From: Dehalococcoidia bacterium
GTDB lineage: Bacteria; Chloroflexota; Dehalococcoidia; Lucifugimonadales; VXLM01
Reading direction: 5' to 3'
Length of the DNA: 64,000 bases
Assembly: GCA_963662435.1 (NCBI GenBank)
Contig: OY759598.1
Coordinates: forward strand, 3,070,507 to 3,134,506
Made by a program: the position numbers and the translations under genes. This document shows, piece by piece, positions 27,009 to 37,315 of this stretch (within the stretch, counting starts at the first letter, position 1; each line of letters starts with the position of its first letter). The notes under the pieces were generated by a model, which saw only the letters and a program-made list of their open reading frames with translations, was not told the origin of the DNA and searched no databases.

Positions 27009-28244
27009 TTACGCCGTTCCCGCGTCCCCACTTGGGACGTTCCTCATTGCTTCGCCGACAAACCGAAGCACCTCTTCGCGCATGAGACCGTAGTTGTAGA
27101 ATAGCGCCCCCGCCGCGCCTGCGTCCGCCGCCGCCATCGTGCGCTCCACGAGCGGCGCGGCCTCGGTGATGTTGCCGGGTCCTACGGGCACAAACACCTC
27201 GCCGCCCGGCGCGATCATGTCCAGGTGGGCCCGCATTTGCGCTTTGGCGTCGTCCTGGTCCGGTGACAGCCCCGTCGTGAGGCGGTCGATGCGACCGTTG
27301 ATGCGAGACTCCAGCCCGTTGGTGTCCGTCCTGATGCCCTGCGTCAGGTGGTCGGACTGCACCTTGCCTCCGCCATTCCTGATGATCTCGGCGACCCGTA
27401 GCCATAGATCAGTCGTGTGGGCATTCAACACGTCGAGGTACTGTCGCAGACGACCGTCGAACGCACTCGCTATCCACTCGGCGTCTGCCGGTTCTTGGAG
27501 TTCGCTCTCCGACGGAATCATCGTGAGTTGAGAGCGCAGCCACGCGTCCACGTCTTTCCGAAAACTCGCCGCGTCCATGCCCGCTTCCTCCGCATTCTGC
27601 ATGGAGGCCGGATTGAAGCACACGCCAAGAAGGAACTGGCACCTCTCCGTGATGTCCCCCTGAAACTTGTTCTTGAGCATCCCGTGTCGCCACATCTGCC
27701 GCTGGAGAGCCTCCACGCGGACGGCGTGCGGCTTGAAGCGGTCCATGACCTCCTGCGTGAGAGCGACGGCGAACTCCTGCGCGTCCTTCGACGACGGGCT
27801 GATCTGTCCAATATATGGCGTCCCGAACACGTCGTGCTTGGCAATCTCAGGGTGTTGCTCCGTGAGCTGATGATTGAAGAAGTAGACGTTCCACGCGGAG
27901 AAGACAAGGCCCCTGCGGTTGATTGCGTCGACGAGGCGCTCGAAATAGTCCGGCGTCGTCACGCAGTCGCCGACGTGCGGCTTGAGCTTCGTGGCCTCGT
28001 AACGCCATAACTCAGGCGTGTAATAGACTGCCCCCTTCTCGCCAAAACGTATCGGCGACTTCGGGTTATGCGGAAGGAAGTAGTTGGAGACATGGTAGGT
28101 GGGCGCAAGCTGGATCTCCGTGCACCCCGTCAGATCGACGATCCTGTCCAGGGCCTGATCGACGCCCTCGTCGGACAGGTCCCAGGGATAGGTGTACAGC
28201 GCGCCAACGAAACCTTTGTCAGTCAATTGTGTGTTCCTCACCAA
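27009..28244 (-). CDS. Hypothetical glycoside-hydrolase-like TIM-barrel protein
   Basis: YTYPWDL, LAPTYH, FLPHNP and C-terminal FYNYGL motifs; start codon uncertain. Confidence 0.65.
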   Translation of the reverse strand: MVRNTQLTDKGFVGALYTYPWDLSDEGVDQALDRIVDLTGCTEIQLAPTYHVSNYFLPHNPKSPIRFGEKGAVYYTPELWRYEATKLKPHVGDCVTTPDYFERLVDAINRRGLVFSAWNVYFFNHQLTEQHPEIAKHDVFGTPYIGQISPSSKDAQEFAVALTQEVMDRFKPHAVRVEALQRQMWRHGMLKNKFQGDITERCQFLLGVCFNPASMQNAEEAGMDAASFRKDVDAWLRSQLTMIPSESELQEPADAEWIASAFDGRLRQYLDVLNAHTTDLWLRVAEIIRNGGGKVQSDHLTQGIRTDTNGLESRINGRIDRLTTGLSPDQDDAKAQMRAHLDMIAPGGEVFVPVGPGNITEAAPLVERTMAAADAGAAGALFYNYGLMREEVLRFVGEAMRNVPSGDAGTA

Positions 28245-28555
28245 ATGATTCGCGCCTCAGCCGGTGTCCAAACCGACTCCATTCCCCCTGAGTAGCCTTG
28301 TGTCCCAGTTTGAGACCATGCCGGGGTGTCAGTAACAAGGGACCGGAGGTAAGAGAAAGTACGTTCGCCCTGAGCCTGTCGAAGGGTGCCTCCGAACTAC
28401 TCTTTTCTCCCCTCTCTGTGCTCCCTGTGTCCTCTGTGGTGAACCTTCGTCCTGTCTCCCTCAGTTACCTGAAAGCCTCCCGAAGCGTCGTTTCGTACCT
28501 CATGGTTCCTCAAGCTCATCCTGAACGGTCTGGGTTGATTCTTTCCGCAATTCCC

Positions 28556-29188
28556 TCAGACCTCGATCGGCTCGTCCGCGAACACTGAATAGGTCTGCGT
28601 CTTCGGCTTGTCGGCATCCTCTGGCTTCACATAGCGGATAGAGCTTTGCCCGAGCAGCCGCCTTGGCAGGATCATCACTCGGATGAATGCCGTGAGCTCG
28701 GTCTTGGACGCCTCGGCGTAAACCGGATCAGGACCTGCCTCGAACCACGGTTCCCCTGGGAGCAGATGCTTGGTCTCACCGTCCACCGTCACGTCGAACT
28801 CGCCCATGTACAGGCAGCGTATCCCCGGCCCTTGGTGCGTGTGGGTGAAGGCGACGCCTCCGAGCGGAAAGTCCACCCGGTCACAGCGCATGAGATACTC
28901 GCCGTCCTCGTCGATGTCGATCTCCGCGCGGAGCTTGGCCGGCCCGTCCTGCCCTCCGCCGGAAAGCTCCCACCGCCATACCCTTGCGCCACCGTCGCCC
29001 GCCAGCACGCTTACGTTCCCTGAGAAGTGCCGCGCGTCGTTTGCCGCGATGCTCGCAGCAGTCCCTCCGTGGGACCTCGCCTCTACGGCGCCCTCGACGA
29101 CGTACACGATCCGGTTGGTCGCCGGGAGGGAGATGCTCCCGCCTGCATCCAACCGGTCTTCTATCAGTTCAAGTACGCGGATCGCCAT
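28556..29188 (-). CDS. Bicupin-like protein
   Basis: ATG at 29188 after GGAGG; RCDRVDFP-G-AFTHTHQGPGIRC cupin motif. Confidence 0.75.
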   Translation of the reverse strand: MAIRVLELIEDRLDAGGSISLPATNRIVYVVEGAVEARSHGGTAASIAANDARHFSGNVSVLAGDGGARVWRWELSGGGQDGPAKLRAEIDIDEDGEYLMRCDRVDFPLGGVAFTHTHQGPGIRCLYMGEFDVTVDGETKHLLPGEPWFEAGPDPVYAEASKTELTAFIRVMILPRRLLGQSSIRYVKPEDADKPKTQTYSVFADEPIEV

Positions 29189-29224
29189 GCCCACCTCCGT
29201 CCCTGGCGTTCTGCCATCAGTCAC

Positions 29225-29248
29225 GTAGGGGCGATTCGCGAATCGCCC
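29225..29248. repeat. GTAG-type REP palindrome (also at 12317, 12509, 38721, 46946; variant at 49661)
   Basis: GTAGGGGCGATTCGCGAATCGCCC. Confidence 0.85.
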
Positions 29249-29283
29249 TCACCCTGCGCCGAATACCAGCGAAGGTAGGGCCG

Positions 29284-30171
29284 CTATGTGCCGCAATTCG
29301 GGCTGCCGCCGCCCGACCCGCCATCGGGAATGCACTTGCGGTTGACGAGGCTGGTCTTGCCGGAATCGATCGCGGCCTTGATCTTGTCAATGGCCTCAAC
29401 GGGAACCCATGGACCCCAGATGTTCTCGTGGTTCTTCAGGAACTTGATGGCCATGGCCGTGGGCTTTATGCCGATGCGGCCCCCTCGGATCGACGCCGAA
29501 AGCTCGTCGATCAGCGCGTCAGTCGGCTTGGCCTTCATGAGGAAGTCGACCACCTCCGGAGCCCTCTCGCCCAGGCCGGAATGCACGACGATGCGAAGGT
29601 TTTCGTCTCCATCGCGCACGGAGCCAAGGTCGTTTATAGCCTTACCGTCGATATGGGTCGAATACCAGCCGCCCGCGGCGTCCTTGTCGAGCATCAGCAC
29701 CGCATCGAGCTCACCATTCTGGAACGCTTCCTGGTAGGCCTCGCCTTCAAGCTGGACCAACTCGACTTGGAAGTCGTAGCCGTACACCAGGATGTACCCT
29801 AGCAGGGCGTTCGAAAACTGGAGCGGCTTGTCTTCCCACTCTGCGAATTTGACCGCGCCCTCGGTCGGCTCGAACAGCGACGCCAGGTGCTCGACCTCCC
29901 GCGCCTCCACGGTAGCTACGGCCTCCTGTGGAGCCAGCGTGGGGAGCGGTGTGAAGGTGGCGACCGGGGCCGACGACTGTCTTGACTGCTCGCCGCTCGA
30001 CTGCCCGCCACCCGAAGTCGATGCCGCAGCGGGCGCCTTGGTAGGTGTGGCGCGCTCTCCTACGGGGATCGGGCTGTCCTGGGCGGGACACGCCGTTGCG
30101 AACAGGGCGAGAACGATTGCCGCTGCGAAAACTATCAGGTTCCTGCGGTTGACGATGTTATGCGCCTTCAT
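29284..30171 (-). CDS. Glycine betaine/proline (OpuAC-like) solute-binding lipoprotein
   Basis: Lipobox FATAC; GYIL-YGY, APEVVDFL, AIKFLK---IW-PWVP; appears shorter than a full OpuAC domain. Confidence 0.6.
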   Translation of the reverse strand: MKAHNIVNRRNLIVFAAAIVLALFATACPAQDSPIPVGERATPTKAPAAASTSGGGQSSGEQSRQSSAPVATFTPLPTLAPQEAVATVEAREVEHLASLFEPTEGAVKFAEWEDKPLQFSNALLGYILVYGYDFQVELVQLEGEAYQEAFQNGELDAVLMLDKDAAGGWYSTHIDGKAINDLGSVRDGDENLRIVVHSGLGERAPEVVDFLMKAKPTDALIDELSASIRGGRIGIKPTAMAIKFLKNHENIWGPWVPVEAIDKIKAAIDSGKTSLVNRKCIPDGGSGGGSPNCGT

Positions 30172-30324
30172 GGGTCATCCCTCCTCATGTGCCCTAAAAC
30201 AGGGTCTATAGGCGAGCTACGTTCCATCCCCCGAGGTCTATTTTTCCAGTGCTAAATATGCCAACGTAAGTCTTTGGCGAATACTACCACTTGAAAGACT
30301 TCCCGTCTAACGTGAAGGCCCTGG

Positions 30325-30766
30325 TACTCAGTCAACCTGAATATAATGAACCGGCAGATGCCGCTCTATCCCCTCTCCCGTCGTGGAAGAGGGCTAGGTA
30401 AATCGGATTTGTAGCTATGATCCAGCCCCGTATCCCTGTCATTCCGAGTGCAGCGAGGAATCTAAAATCCATAACCGCAAGACCGGAAATCCGGTGCCCC
30501 GCTTCTATCACGACCAAGAGCGAAAACGGCGTAAGAACCCCCCGTGTCAGCTTTACGTCAGGACAGACACTTTAGATTCTTCGACTTCGCTGTGCTCCGC
30601 TCAGAATGCCAGTGCCGGGGTTGCGTTCTGGTGAATGCAGACCCCCTCTCCCGTTCGCGGGAGAGGGCTGGGATGAGGGCAAATACCTACCCCTGTCAGC
30701 CCGTCGTGGGAGAGGGCTAGGGTGAGGGTGATTCGTAGCATCAATATCCTGTGGAACCGGCCCTAG
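30325..30766. repeat. Nested repeat cluster: a split CCCTCTCCCGTCGTGGGAGAGGG element containing GTCATTCCGAG...GAATCT repeats
   Basis: 30325-30399 and 30701-30766 match the two halves of 36051-36163; other palindrome families lie between them. Confidence 0.7.
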
Positions 30767-30787
30767 TTCAGGAAGCAGAAATGGGGG

Positions 30788-31843
30788 TTATCCAATCCAC
30801 TCCAGCCATTTGCCATGAAAGTCGACATTTGCCAACTTCCGAACTGACCTGTTGCCGTCCCTTGTCGAGACCAGTTCCAGGGCGGCGTAGTCGCGGCCCC
30901 AGAGCCCTTCGCCTGAGAGCAGATGAACGTCCCTGTCCATCGATTGCTCATCCAGGATGGAGGTGAATCGCGTTCGGTCTTCTGGGGAGAACTGGTTCAG
31001 AGTGTAGTTGTGAAAGATGCACAGCGTCGAACCTTCAGGTATGCGACGCAGGACATTAGGCAGCTGCTCCACGGCATTTCCGGCAACAAGAGCGGGCGGG
31101 TCCTCTGTCGCGAGGCCTATTGCCGCCTCTAGTTGGGCCGCTCTACGTTCATGCTCCGGCCATATGAGGGCCCTCAGCCAGAGTGATTCATCCGCGTCCG
31201 CCAGACAGACGGGGTTGAGGTCAATGCCGACCCGGTACGCCACCGCCGGGAAGCTGCCTGGTATCGGCGGAGAGATATTGCCGCGGACCTCGGCCTCGAT
31301 GGTCACAGGAGATGACGGTTCTCCGGCGAGAACGCCGTCGCTGTAGACGTAGGCGTAACTGTCCCACAGCAGGTGCAGCCCGGCACTCGTGCCGATGTCC
31401 ACGAGCGCCAGGGGAAGGCCCGGGTTTTCGTTTGCTATGAATGAGAAGGCCGGCATCATGTAGGCACACCGACCCACCTCATTGGTCTGCACCAGTCGAG
31501 TTGACAGAAGACGCCTGACCGCCAACTCATGCGATAGGCAGAATTCGCGGAAATGCGGATAGGCCTCACCATTGTTCAGCGGGTCGCCTGTCAGGCTGGG
31601 GTAGAAAGACGCGATCGTCCCTGCTTCGCCCTTGAGAAGCAGGTAATGGACCGCCGCAAAGAGAAGGTTGGGAACGGGTCTGCCACGAGCGGATGAAGCG
31701 ATGTCCAGTACCTCGATGTCCTCCGCAACTCCTTTTGCGAGCGCCGCGTACAGCGGTGAACTGCCGATATAGGTCTCCTCGGAAAACCTCGCAAAAGTTC
31801 GTCCGAGCTTGTTCAGTTTTTCTTCGTCCGTCGACATTGGCAT
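30788..31843 (-). CDS. DUF2332 domain protein
   Basis: SSPLY, LLFAAVHYLL, VQTNEVGRC, DIGTSAGLHL-WD, GIDLNP, WL-ALIWPE, HGKWLEW. Confidence 0.88.
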   Translation of the reverse strand: MPMSTDEEKLNKLGRTFARFSEETYIGSSPLYAALAKGVAEDIEVLDIASSARGRPVPNLLFAAVHYLLLKGEAGTIASFYPSLTGDPLNNGEAYPHFREFCLSHELAVRRLLSTRLVQTNEVGRCAYMMPAFSFIANENPGLPLALVDIGTSAGLHLLWDSYAYVYSDGVLAGEPSSPVTIEAEVRGNISPPIPGSFPAVAYRVGIDLNPVCLADADESLWLRALIWPEHERRAAQLEAAIGLATEDPPALVAGNAVEQLPNVLRRIPEGSTLCIFHNYTLNQFSPEDRTRFTSILDEQSMDRDVHLLSGEGLWGRDYAALELVSTRDGNRSVRKLANVDFHGKWLEWIG

Positions 31844-31906
31844 AGCACCTCAAGGCAGGATGTGGAGGTCTCCTCTCGGCCTCACGCTACAGTCAAGCTC
31901 CTCTCA

Positions 31907-32019
31907 GAGGGTGTCCCAAAATGACCCCGTTCACCCTGAGCCTGTCGAAGGGTGGTAACGTTACCTATGGTTCCAGGAGATACCTACCTACGTTTTCGGC
32001 TAACTCACTAGACACCGTC
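31907..32019. mobile_element. MITE-like element (copy of 22573-22682)
   Basis: Ends GAGGGTGTCCCAAAATG / CACTAGACACCGTC around an internal REP. Confidence 0.5.
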
Positions 32020-32057
32020 GCACCTTTGTATTCCTCACATACCGCGCGGAACCAAGC

Positions 32058-33320
32058 CTATCGCGAGCACCCAGCTCTAAGCTGACCCAACGCATGGTCG
32101 GTCAGCCGCTCATCCGGGAATTCACATAGCCTCCCCAATAGCTCCGAGGCGATTCGTTTCGCCGCGATCTCATTACCGCGTCCGGTTACGTGTACGTAGT
32201 CGATGTAGACCGGCTCCGGCGTGTCGTGGAAGAGGTCGTTCAGGTTCACAGCCGTAGTCGGCGCTTGCCCGTCATAGACCTTTTCATCGAGGAGTGTGGC
32301 CATCTCCGCCCGGACTGCCATGATCGTTCTCAGTCCTGCGTACTCCATCTCCGAGACGATCAGCGACTCCTCTGAAGGGTCCAGCGGCTTGCCCGTCGAC
32401 CACAGGCCGGGCTGGAAGGCAATGAGCGGCACAAAGTCGTAGGCCCGCGCAAGACTGTCAACAATCCGAGCGTTGAATAGCCAGAGGTCGATGCCGCGCT
32501 CCGCTAACCGTCGGTAGTCCGGAGTGACGTCAGTCTCGTGTTCTGCATAGACGATGATGCCGTCCCGTTCGATAGGGTCGTCCTGTACGCGATCGAGGAC
32601 GATTCGCGACGCCTTGTAGAGTCCGGTCGAGCGCGCGAACCAGCCGAGAGAGTCTTCGTCGTTCCTTGAGTCGAACCGCTCTCGGATAGCGTCGAACGAC
32701 ACGTGTGCGCCGGGGAACTCGGGCCGGAGCGAGACCGCCGCCGCGTCATTCACGCCGTTGTAGAAGACGACGATGTCAGGTCTTCGGCCTGCCTGGAGCT
32801 CGCGCATGAGGTGGATGACTTCCTGTGTGGATACGAAGCCGCGCCTGCCGAGGTTTCTCACCGAAGCGTCAATTCCGAGCGTTCCATTGAGATGGGAGGC
32901 CAGGTGGCTGGGGATGGTTCCCCCGTCAGGCGCTCCCACACCCCAGACTGCGGAGCCCCCGATCATCCAGATTTCGAGGGCGTCTACGTTCTCGGAGTTG
33001 CCGACGGTTCGGCGGGAGCCCGATAGCTCGATGGTCGTATACTCACCGCGGTAAGGTCTGCGCTTCCAGATCGTGTACGGCTCGTATACGGTGCGGTCGC
33101 TCTTGCGCACCTCCTGGAGTAGGACACTGGGATCGTAGTCGACACCTTGGTAAGCCGGGAGACTCGTCCGGAGGTCGTCGTCTGCCAGGAGTTGGTTCGA
33201 CGGTGGCTCAAAGTACCGGTCATCGACGGCTGCGGCCACGCGACCGGAAAGGTCTGCGGCGACGATTGTCACGACGCTCAGCCCTACGAGCGCGAGCGCG
33301 GTCTTCAGCTTCTGCCCCAT
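32058..33320 (-). CDS. Membrane-anchored SGNH/GDSL hydrolase-like protein
   Basis: N-terminal TM; blocks GGS, NLG, NGVND and DYVH. Confidence 0.8.
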   Translation of the reverse strand: MGQKLKTALALVGLSVVTIVAADLSGRVAAAVDDRYFEPPSNQLLADDDLRTSLPAYQGVDYDPSVLLQEVRKSDRTVYEPYTIWKRRPYRGEYTTIELSGSRRTVGNSENVDALEIWMIGGSAVWGVGAPDGGTIPSHLASHLNGTLGIDASVRNLGRRGFVSTQEVIHLMRELQAGRRPDIVVFYNGVNDAAAVSLRPEFPGAHVSFDAIRERFDSRNDEDSLGWFARSTGLYKASRIVLDRVQDDPIERDGIIVYAEHETDVTPDYRRLAERGIDLWLFNARIVDSLARAYDFVPLIAFQPGLWSTGKPLDPSEESLIVSEMEYAGLRTIMAVRAEMATLLDEKVYDGQAPTTAVNLNDLFHDTPEPVYIDYVHVTGRGNEIAAKRIASELLGRLCEFPDERLTDHALGQLRAGCSR

Positions 33321-33339
33321 CGCCTGCGTCGCTCCTCCC

Positions 33340-33801
33340 TTAGCGCACCGTTATGGCCCCCGTCATGCCGAGTGTCTCGTGCGGAGTGCATACCAGTTCG
33401 AACGTCCCAGGCGAATCGAAGGTAAAGGTCAGCGCCTTCGTCTTCCAGGCATCGACGTGAACATCGATATCCAGATCGGGAACGGTAAACGTGTGGAACT
33501 CTCCTTCGGATGTCATGACAAGCGTCACCTGCTCACCCCTCTCGAAGGTGAACTCCGCCGGGTCATACACGTACTCGCCGCTCTCACCGGGGTCCTCCAT
33601 GTTCACGTCCACACGTTTGCCCACGATGCGGATGTCTTCCGTCCCCTGCCCGGATGTCCCGCCACAGGCAATGAGCACGATGACCATCGCTGCTGTCAGC
33701 AGTAGAGCCACTGCACGCGGGTAGTTGCCTCCGCTTTGGGGGACTGGGCCGATGCTTCGGTAGGGGTTGGGCAATCTCTCTTCTGTAAGTCCGTCCGGCA
33801 A
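33340..33801 (-). CDS. Cupredoxin-domain lipoprotein
   Basis: Lipobox LIAC; type-1 copper ligands HTF ... CTPHETLGM; start uncertain. Confidence 0.8.
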   Translation of the reverse strand: MPDGLTEERLPNPYRSIGPVPQSGGNYPRAVALLLTAAMVIVLIACGGTSGQGTEDIRIVGKRVDVNMEDPGESGEYVYDPAEFTFERGEQVTLVMTSEGEFHTFTVPDLDIDVHVDAWKTKALTFTFDSPGTFELVCTPHETLGMTGAITVR

Positions 33802-33908
33802 TGCGACCGTTGGTAGCAGTTCCCTCCCTGCGAACGGTTGGGAACTCTGTCAACTCTATTATAAACTTGTAGTGAGTAAACCGTCGGAATGCAGGAGGAA
33901 TCCCCGGG

Positions 33909-34628
33909 GTGACATCGGACGCCAAGCTCGACCGGAAAACGGTCCTCGTCGTGGAAGACGAGGACAACCTTCTCGCGCCTCTGCGGTACAACCTGGAGCG
34001 TGAGGGGTATCGTGTGGTCACGGCGACCGACGGCGGAGAGGGACTGGAGTTCGCGCGGCAGGTGGCGCCCGATATCGTTATCCTCGACATCATGCTGCCC
34101 ACCATGGACGGCATTCAGGTCTGCCGCATCCTCCGCAGCGAGAGCGCGGTCCCCATCCTCATGCTTACGGCCAAGGGCGAGGAGCTCGATAAAGTCTTGG
34201 GCCTCGAGATGGGCGCCGACGACTATTTGACCAAGCCGTTCAGCATGAGGGAACTCCTCGCTCGGGTAAAGGCGATGCTCCGGCGCTCGGAACTTGGTGC
34301 CGCCGCGTCCAATGGGAGATCGGAGAACGGAGTCATCACGTCAGGCGATCTGCGAATCGACGCGGAAGCTCGAAAGGCATTCCTCGGTGGAGTCCCCGTA
34401 GGCCTAAAGCCCAGGGAGTTCGATCTCCTGGCGCTCTTCGCAGGGAACCCGGGCAAGGCGTTCACACGGGACGACATCCTCGAAAGAGTCTGGGGCGGCA
34501 AGGACAATATCGACCGTAGGACCGTCGACGTCCACGTACGCTGGATTCGGCAGAAGCTCGGAGAGGGGGACGGAGTTCCCCGTAGGATTATCACCATTCG
34601 CGGACATGGTTACAGGTTCGAGTCATGA
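33909..34628 (+). CDS. OmpR/PhoB-family response regulator
   Basis: Receiver motifs VEDE, LDIMLP, GADDYLTKPF; winged helix RTVDVHVRWIRQK ... IRGHGYRF. Confidence 0.95.
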   Translation: MTSDAKLDRKTVLVVEDEDNLLAPLRYNLEREGYRVVTATDGGEGLEFARQVAPDIVILDIMLPTMDGIQVCRILRSESAVPILMLTAKGEELDKVLGLEMGADDYLTKPFSMRELLARVKAMLRRSELGAAASNGRSENGVITSGDLRIDAEARKAFLGGVPVGLKPREFDLLALFAGNPGKAFTRDDILERVWGGKDNIDRRTVDVHVRWIRQKLGEGDGVPRRIITIRGHGYRFES

Positions 34629-36016
34629 TGGGCGCACAAGGACGGCTGTGGCGTGTCGCGTTGGTCTGCGGCCTCGTGCTGCTGGCGTCGGTCACCGTCT
34701 CCTCCGTCCTGGGCGGCATGGGGCCGGCCGGGGCGGTCCTGGCCGGGGCGGGAGTCGTCCTTGCATTCGCTGCCGTCGCAGCCGGTTACGTCGAGTCGCG
34801 TCGCGCGTCGATGTCGGTACGCAAGGTCATCGGGGGCCTGCGCAGAATTGAGGACGGAGACCTCGACCATACAATCGAGACCTGGGAAAGCGACGAGACT
34901 GGCGACCTCGCGACCGCTTTCAATCGGATGTCGACCTCTCTCACAAGCATGATGCGCGACCTGTCGGGGGAGCGTAACAAGCTCTCTGCCGTCTTGGAGA
35001 CCATGTCCGACGGTGTCATCGTCGTCGATTCGTCCGGTGAGGTGGAACTCATCAACGGAGCGGCGGCTGAGCTCTTCGAAATGGGTCTGGACGCCGACCG
35101 CACCACTCCGTTCTCTGTCGGGCACGACCACGAGCTTCGTCAGCTTGTTGCCGCTTGCCGCAGGGCCCGGGTGCCGCAGTACGCCGAGATCATCCTGATC
35201 GCGGGTCGGCGCACGGTGAGCGCGGTCGCGACGCCACTCGATGATGAACTGGGCGGGGCCGTTCTTGTAACCCTTCACGACCTCACGGAATTGCGACAGG
35301 TCGAGACCTCGCGCCGCGAGTTCGTCAGCAACGTCTCGCACGAATTGCGGACGCCCCTTTCGTCTATCAAGGCGATGGCGGAAACGCTCGAGGACGGAGG
35401 GTTGGACGATCCCAGCATAAACGCCGATTTCGTCCGCCGGATCCACACCGAGGCTGACCGCATGACGACGCTGGTCAACGATCTTCTTGAACTCACCAGC
35501 CTCCAGAGCGGACAGGCCGACATGAAAGCCCAGCAGGTGGACATTGCGTCGGTGATCCGCGAGGAGGGCAGCAGATACGTCCAGGTGGCGAGGAAACTTG
35601 GCATCGAGACGCGCGTCTCCCTGCCGGACGACCTCCCGAGGGTCGTCGCCCAGGAAGACAGGATGCGTCAGGTGGTCCGCAACCTCCTCGACAACGCCCT
35701 GAAGTTCACGCCGGAAAACGGGCGGATTGACATTGCGGCCGAGGTGACCCGGCAGGCCGTCGAGGTGCGGGTAACGGACAACGGCCTTGGCATTCCGCCG
35801 GAATCGCTGCCCCACATCTTCGAGCGCTTCTACAAGGTCGAGCGTTCAAGAAGGGACGAAGGCAGCGGACTCGGACTCGCCATCGTCAAGAACATCGTTC
35901 AGGCGTACGGCGGCGATGTGAGCGTCGAAAGCCGTGTTGGCGAGGGCTCTACGTTCTCACTCACCCTGGCGGTCGCGGAGACGGCCGATTTTCCGGTCGC
36001 GAGCGCGCGAGTTTGA
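34625..36016 (+). CDS. Sensor histidine kinase (TM-HAMP-PAS-HisKA-HATPase, PhoR-like)
   Basis: SHELRTPL, NLLDNALK, DNGLG, FERFYK, GSGLGL; overlaps the regulator stop. Confidence 0.95.
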   Translation: MMGAQGRLWRVALVCGLVLLASVTVSSVLGGMGPAGAVLAGAGVVLAFAAVAAGYVESRRASMSVRKVIGGLRRIEDGDLDHTIETWESDETGDLATAFNRMSTSLTSMMRDLSGERNKLSAVLETMSDGVIVVDSSGEVELINGAAAELFEMGLDADRTTPFSVGHDHELRQLVAACRRARVPQYAEIILIAGRRTVSAVATPLDDELGGAVLVTLHDLTELRQVETSRREFVSNVSHELRTPLSSIKAMAETLEDGGLDDPSINADFVRRIHTEADRMTTLVNDLLELTSLQSGQADMKAQQVDIASVIREEGSRYVQVARKLGIETRVSLPDDLPRVVAQEDRMRQVVRNLLDNALKFTPENGRIDIAAEVTRQAVEVRVTDNGLGIPPESLPHIFERFYKVERSRRDEGSGLGLAIVKNIVQAYGGDVSVESRVGEGSTFSLTLAVAETADFPVASARV

Positions 36017-36050
36017 GGGAGACTGCCTTATGCCAATTCGGGCAGACTAT

Positions 36051-36163
36051 TACTCAGCCAACTTGAATATGATGACTGGCAGATGCCGCTTTATCCCCTC
36101 TCCCGTCGTGGGAGAGGGCTAGGGTGAGGGTGAATCATAATGTCTAACTCATGTGGAACCGGT
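36051..36163. repeat. ~110-bp dispersed element with CCCTCTCCCGTCGTGGGAGAGGG hairpin (copies at 30325, 37476)
   Basis: TGAATATGATG ... GCCGCTTTATCCCCTCTCCCGTCGTGGGAGAGGGCTAGGGTGAGGGTGAATC is near-identical at 36064 and 37476. Confidence 0.85.
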
Positions 36164-36333
36164 AATTCGCCACAATTGACGTGGAACAACACCTGAACAC
36201 CATAATTCCGGCGTAGGCCGGAATCCAGAAAGTGCAGTTGGTCGCGAGTACGGCAATTTAGCAGAGGACTGGCAAGACACCGCAGGCGCAGGTACGGGAC
36301 ATCTAGAAACGTAGCCGAAAGGAGGAAGCTCCG

Positions 36334-37158
36334 ATGCCGGAGGCACCGGAACTGGAGGTCGTCAAGGGCTTTCTCATCGAGCACGCGGTAAGCGCGACCG
36401 TCGATGCGGCGCGGGTGTTGCGGCCCAGCGTCCTCCGCTCAATGGCGGGCGAATTCGAGCACGATGTCTTGGAGCGTGCCATCGAGGACGTCCGGCGCAA
36501 GGGCAAGTTCCTGACGCTGGTGATGAGCGGTGACCGCCTCCTGGTCATCAACCCCATGCTCACAGGCGGCTTCCAGTGGTCGGAACCGGCTGACCGGGTC
36601 TTCAAGCGGACGTGCTTCACCCTGACGCTGTCCAACGAGAGAGAACTGCGTTATATCGATGAAAGGCAGATGGGCCGCGTCTACTACGTCTCGCCCGACC
36701 AAACGGGAGAAATTCCCCAGTACGGCGAGATGGGGCCCGACGCGCTGGACGAACCACTTTCACTGAACGAGTTCAAAGAACGACTCCGACCCTTTCGCGG
36801 GGAGATCAAGGGCATCCTGACGAGGGGCCGGGTGATATCGGGCATCGGAAACGCCTACGTGGACGAGATACTGTGGGAGGCCGAGATTTACCCATTCCGC
36901 AAGAAGCGGGAGTTGACCGACGCCGACCTTCAGCGCCTCCTCGACTCATCAACACTCGTAATCTCGCGAGCGGTCGGACAGGTTCGAGAGGCCATGGCCG
37001 GCGACATCCACCGCAAGCGCCGCGACTTCCTGAAAGTCCACAACCGGGGCGGGGACCCCTGCCCACGCTGCGGCACGACAATCAGCCAGCTAACCGCCAA
37101 CCAGCGCATAACAAGCTACTGCCGCAAGTGCCAGCCCGGCCTCCTCCTGAGAAGGTGA
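36334..37158 (+). CDS. Fpg/Nei family DNA glycosylase
   Basis: N-terminal PE, RKGK, GIGNAYVDE, zinc finger CPRC...CRKCQ. Confidence 0.92.
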   Translation: MPEAPELEVVKGFLIEHAVSATVDAARVLRPSVLRSMAGEFEHDVLERAIEDVRRKGKFLTLVMSGDRLLVINPMLTGGFQWSEPADRVFKRTCFTLTLSNERELRYIDERQMGRVYYVSPDQTGEIPQYGEMGPDALDEPLSLNEFKERLRPFRGEIKGILTRGRVISGIGNAYVDEILWEAEIYPFRKKRELTDADLQRLLDSSTLVISRAVGQVREAMAGDIHRKRRDFLKVHNRGGDPCPRCGTTISQLTANQRITSYCRKCQPGLLLRR

Positions 37159-37193
37159 ACCCAATGCCAAAGTCGAACAATCCAACAGACTAA

Positions 37194-37315
37194 GAAACTA
37201 TCTCAAAATTCACTTCCGCGAGTTTTCTCCACGCAAACACTCAACTGAAACACGTTCGCCCTGAGCCTGTCGAAGGGCAATTCTCTGCCAACGCATATAA
37301 TTTTGAGATGATCTC
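37194..37315. mobile_element. 122-bp MITE with TAA target duplication and an internal REP
   Basis: 17-bp terminal inverted repeats GAAACTATCTCAAAATT / AATTTTGAGATGATCTC (14/17); TAA at 37191-37193 and 37316-37318. Confidence 0.7.

Noticed and set aside
33846..33875. Possible Pho-box-like direct repeats upstream of the response regulator
   Set aside because: AT-rich, but the half-site match is too weak to call.
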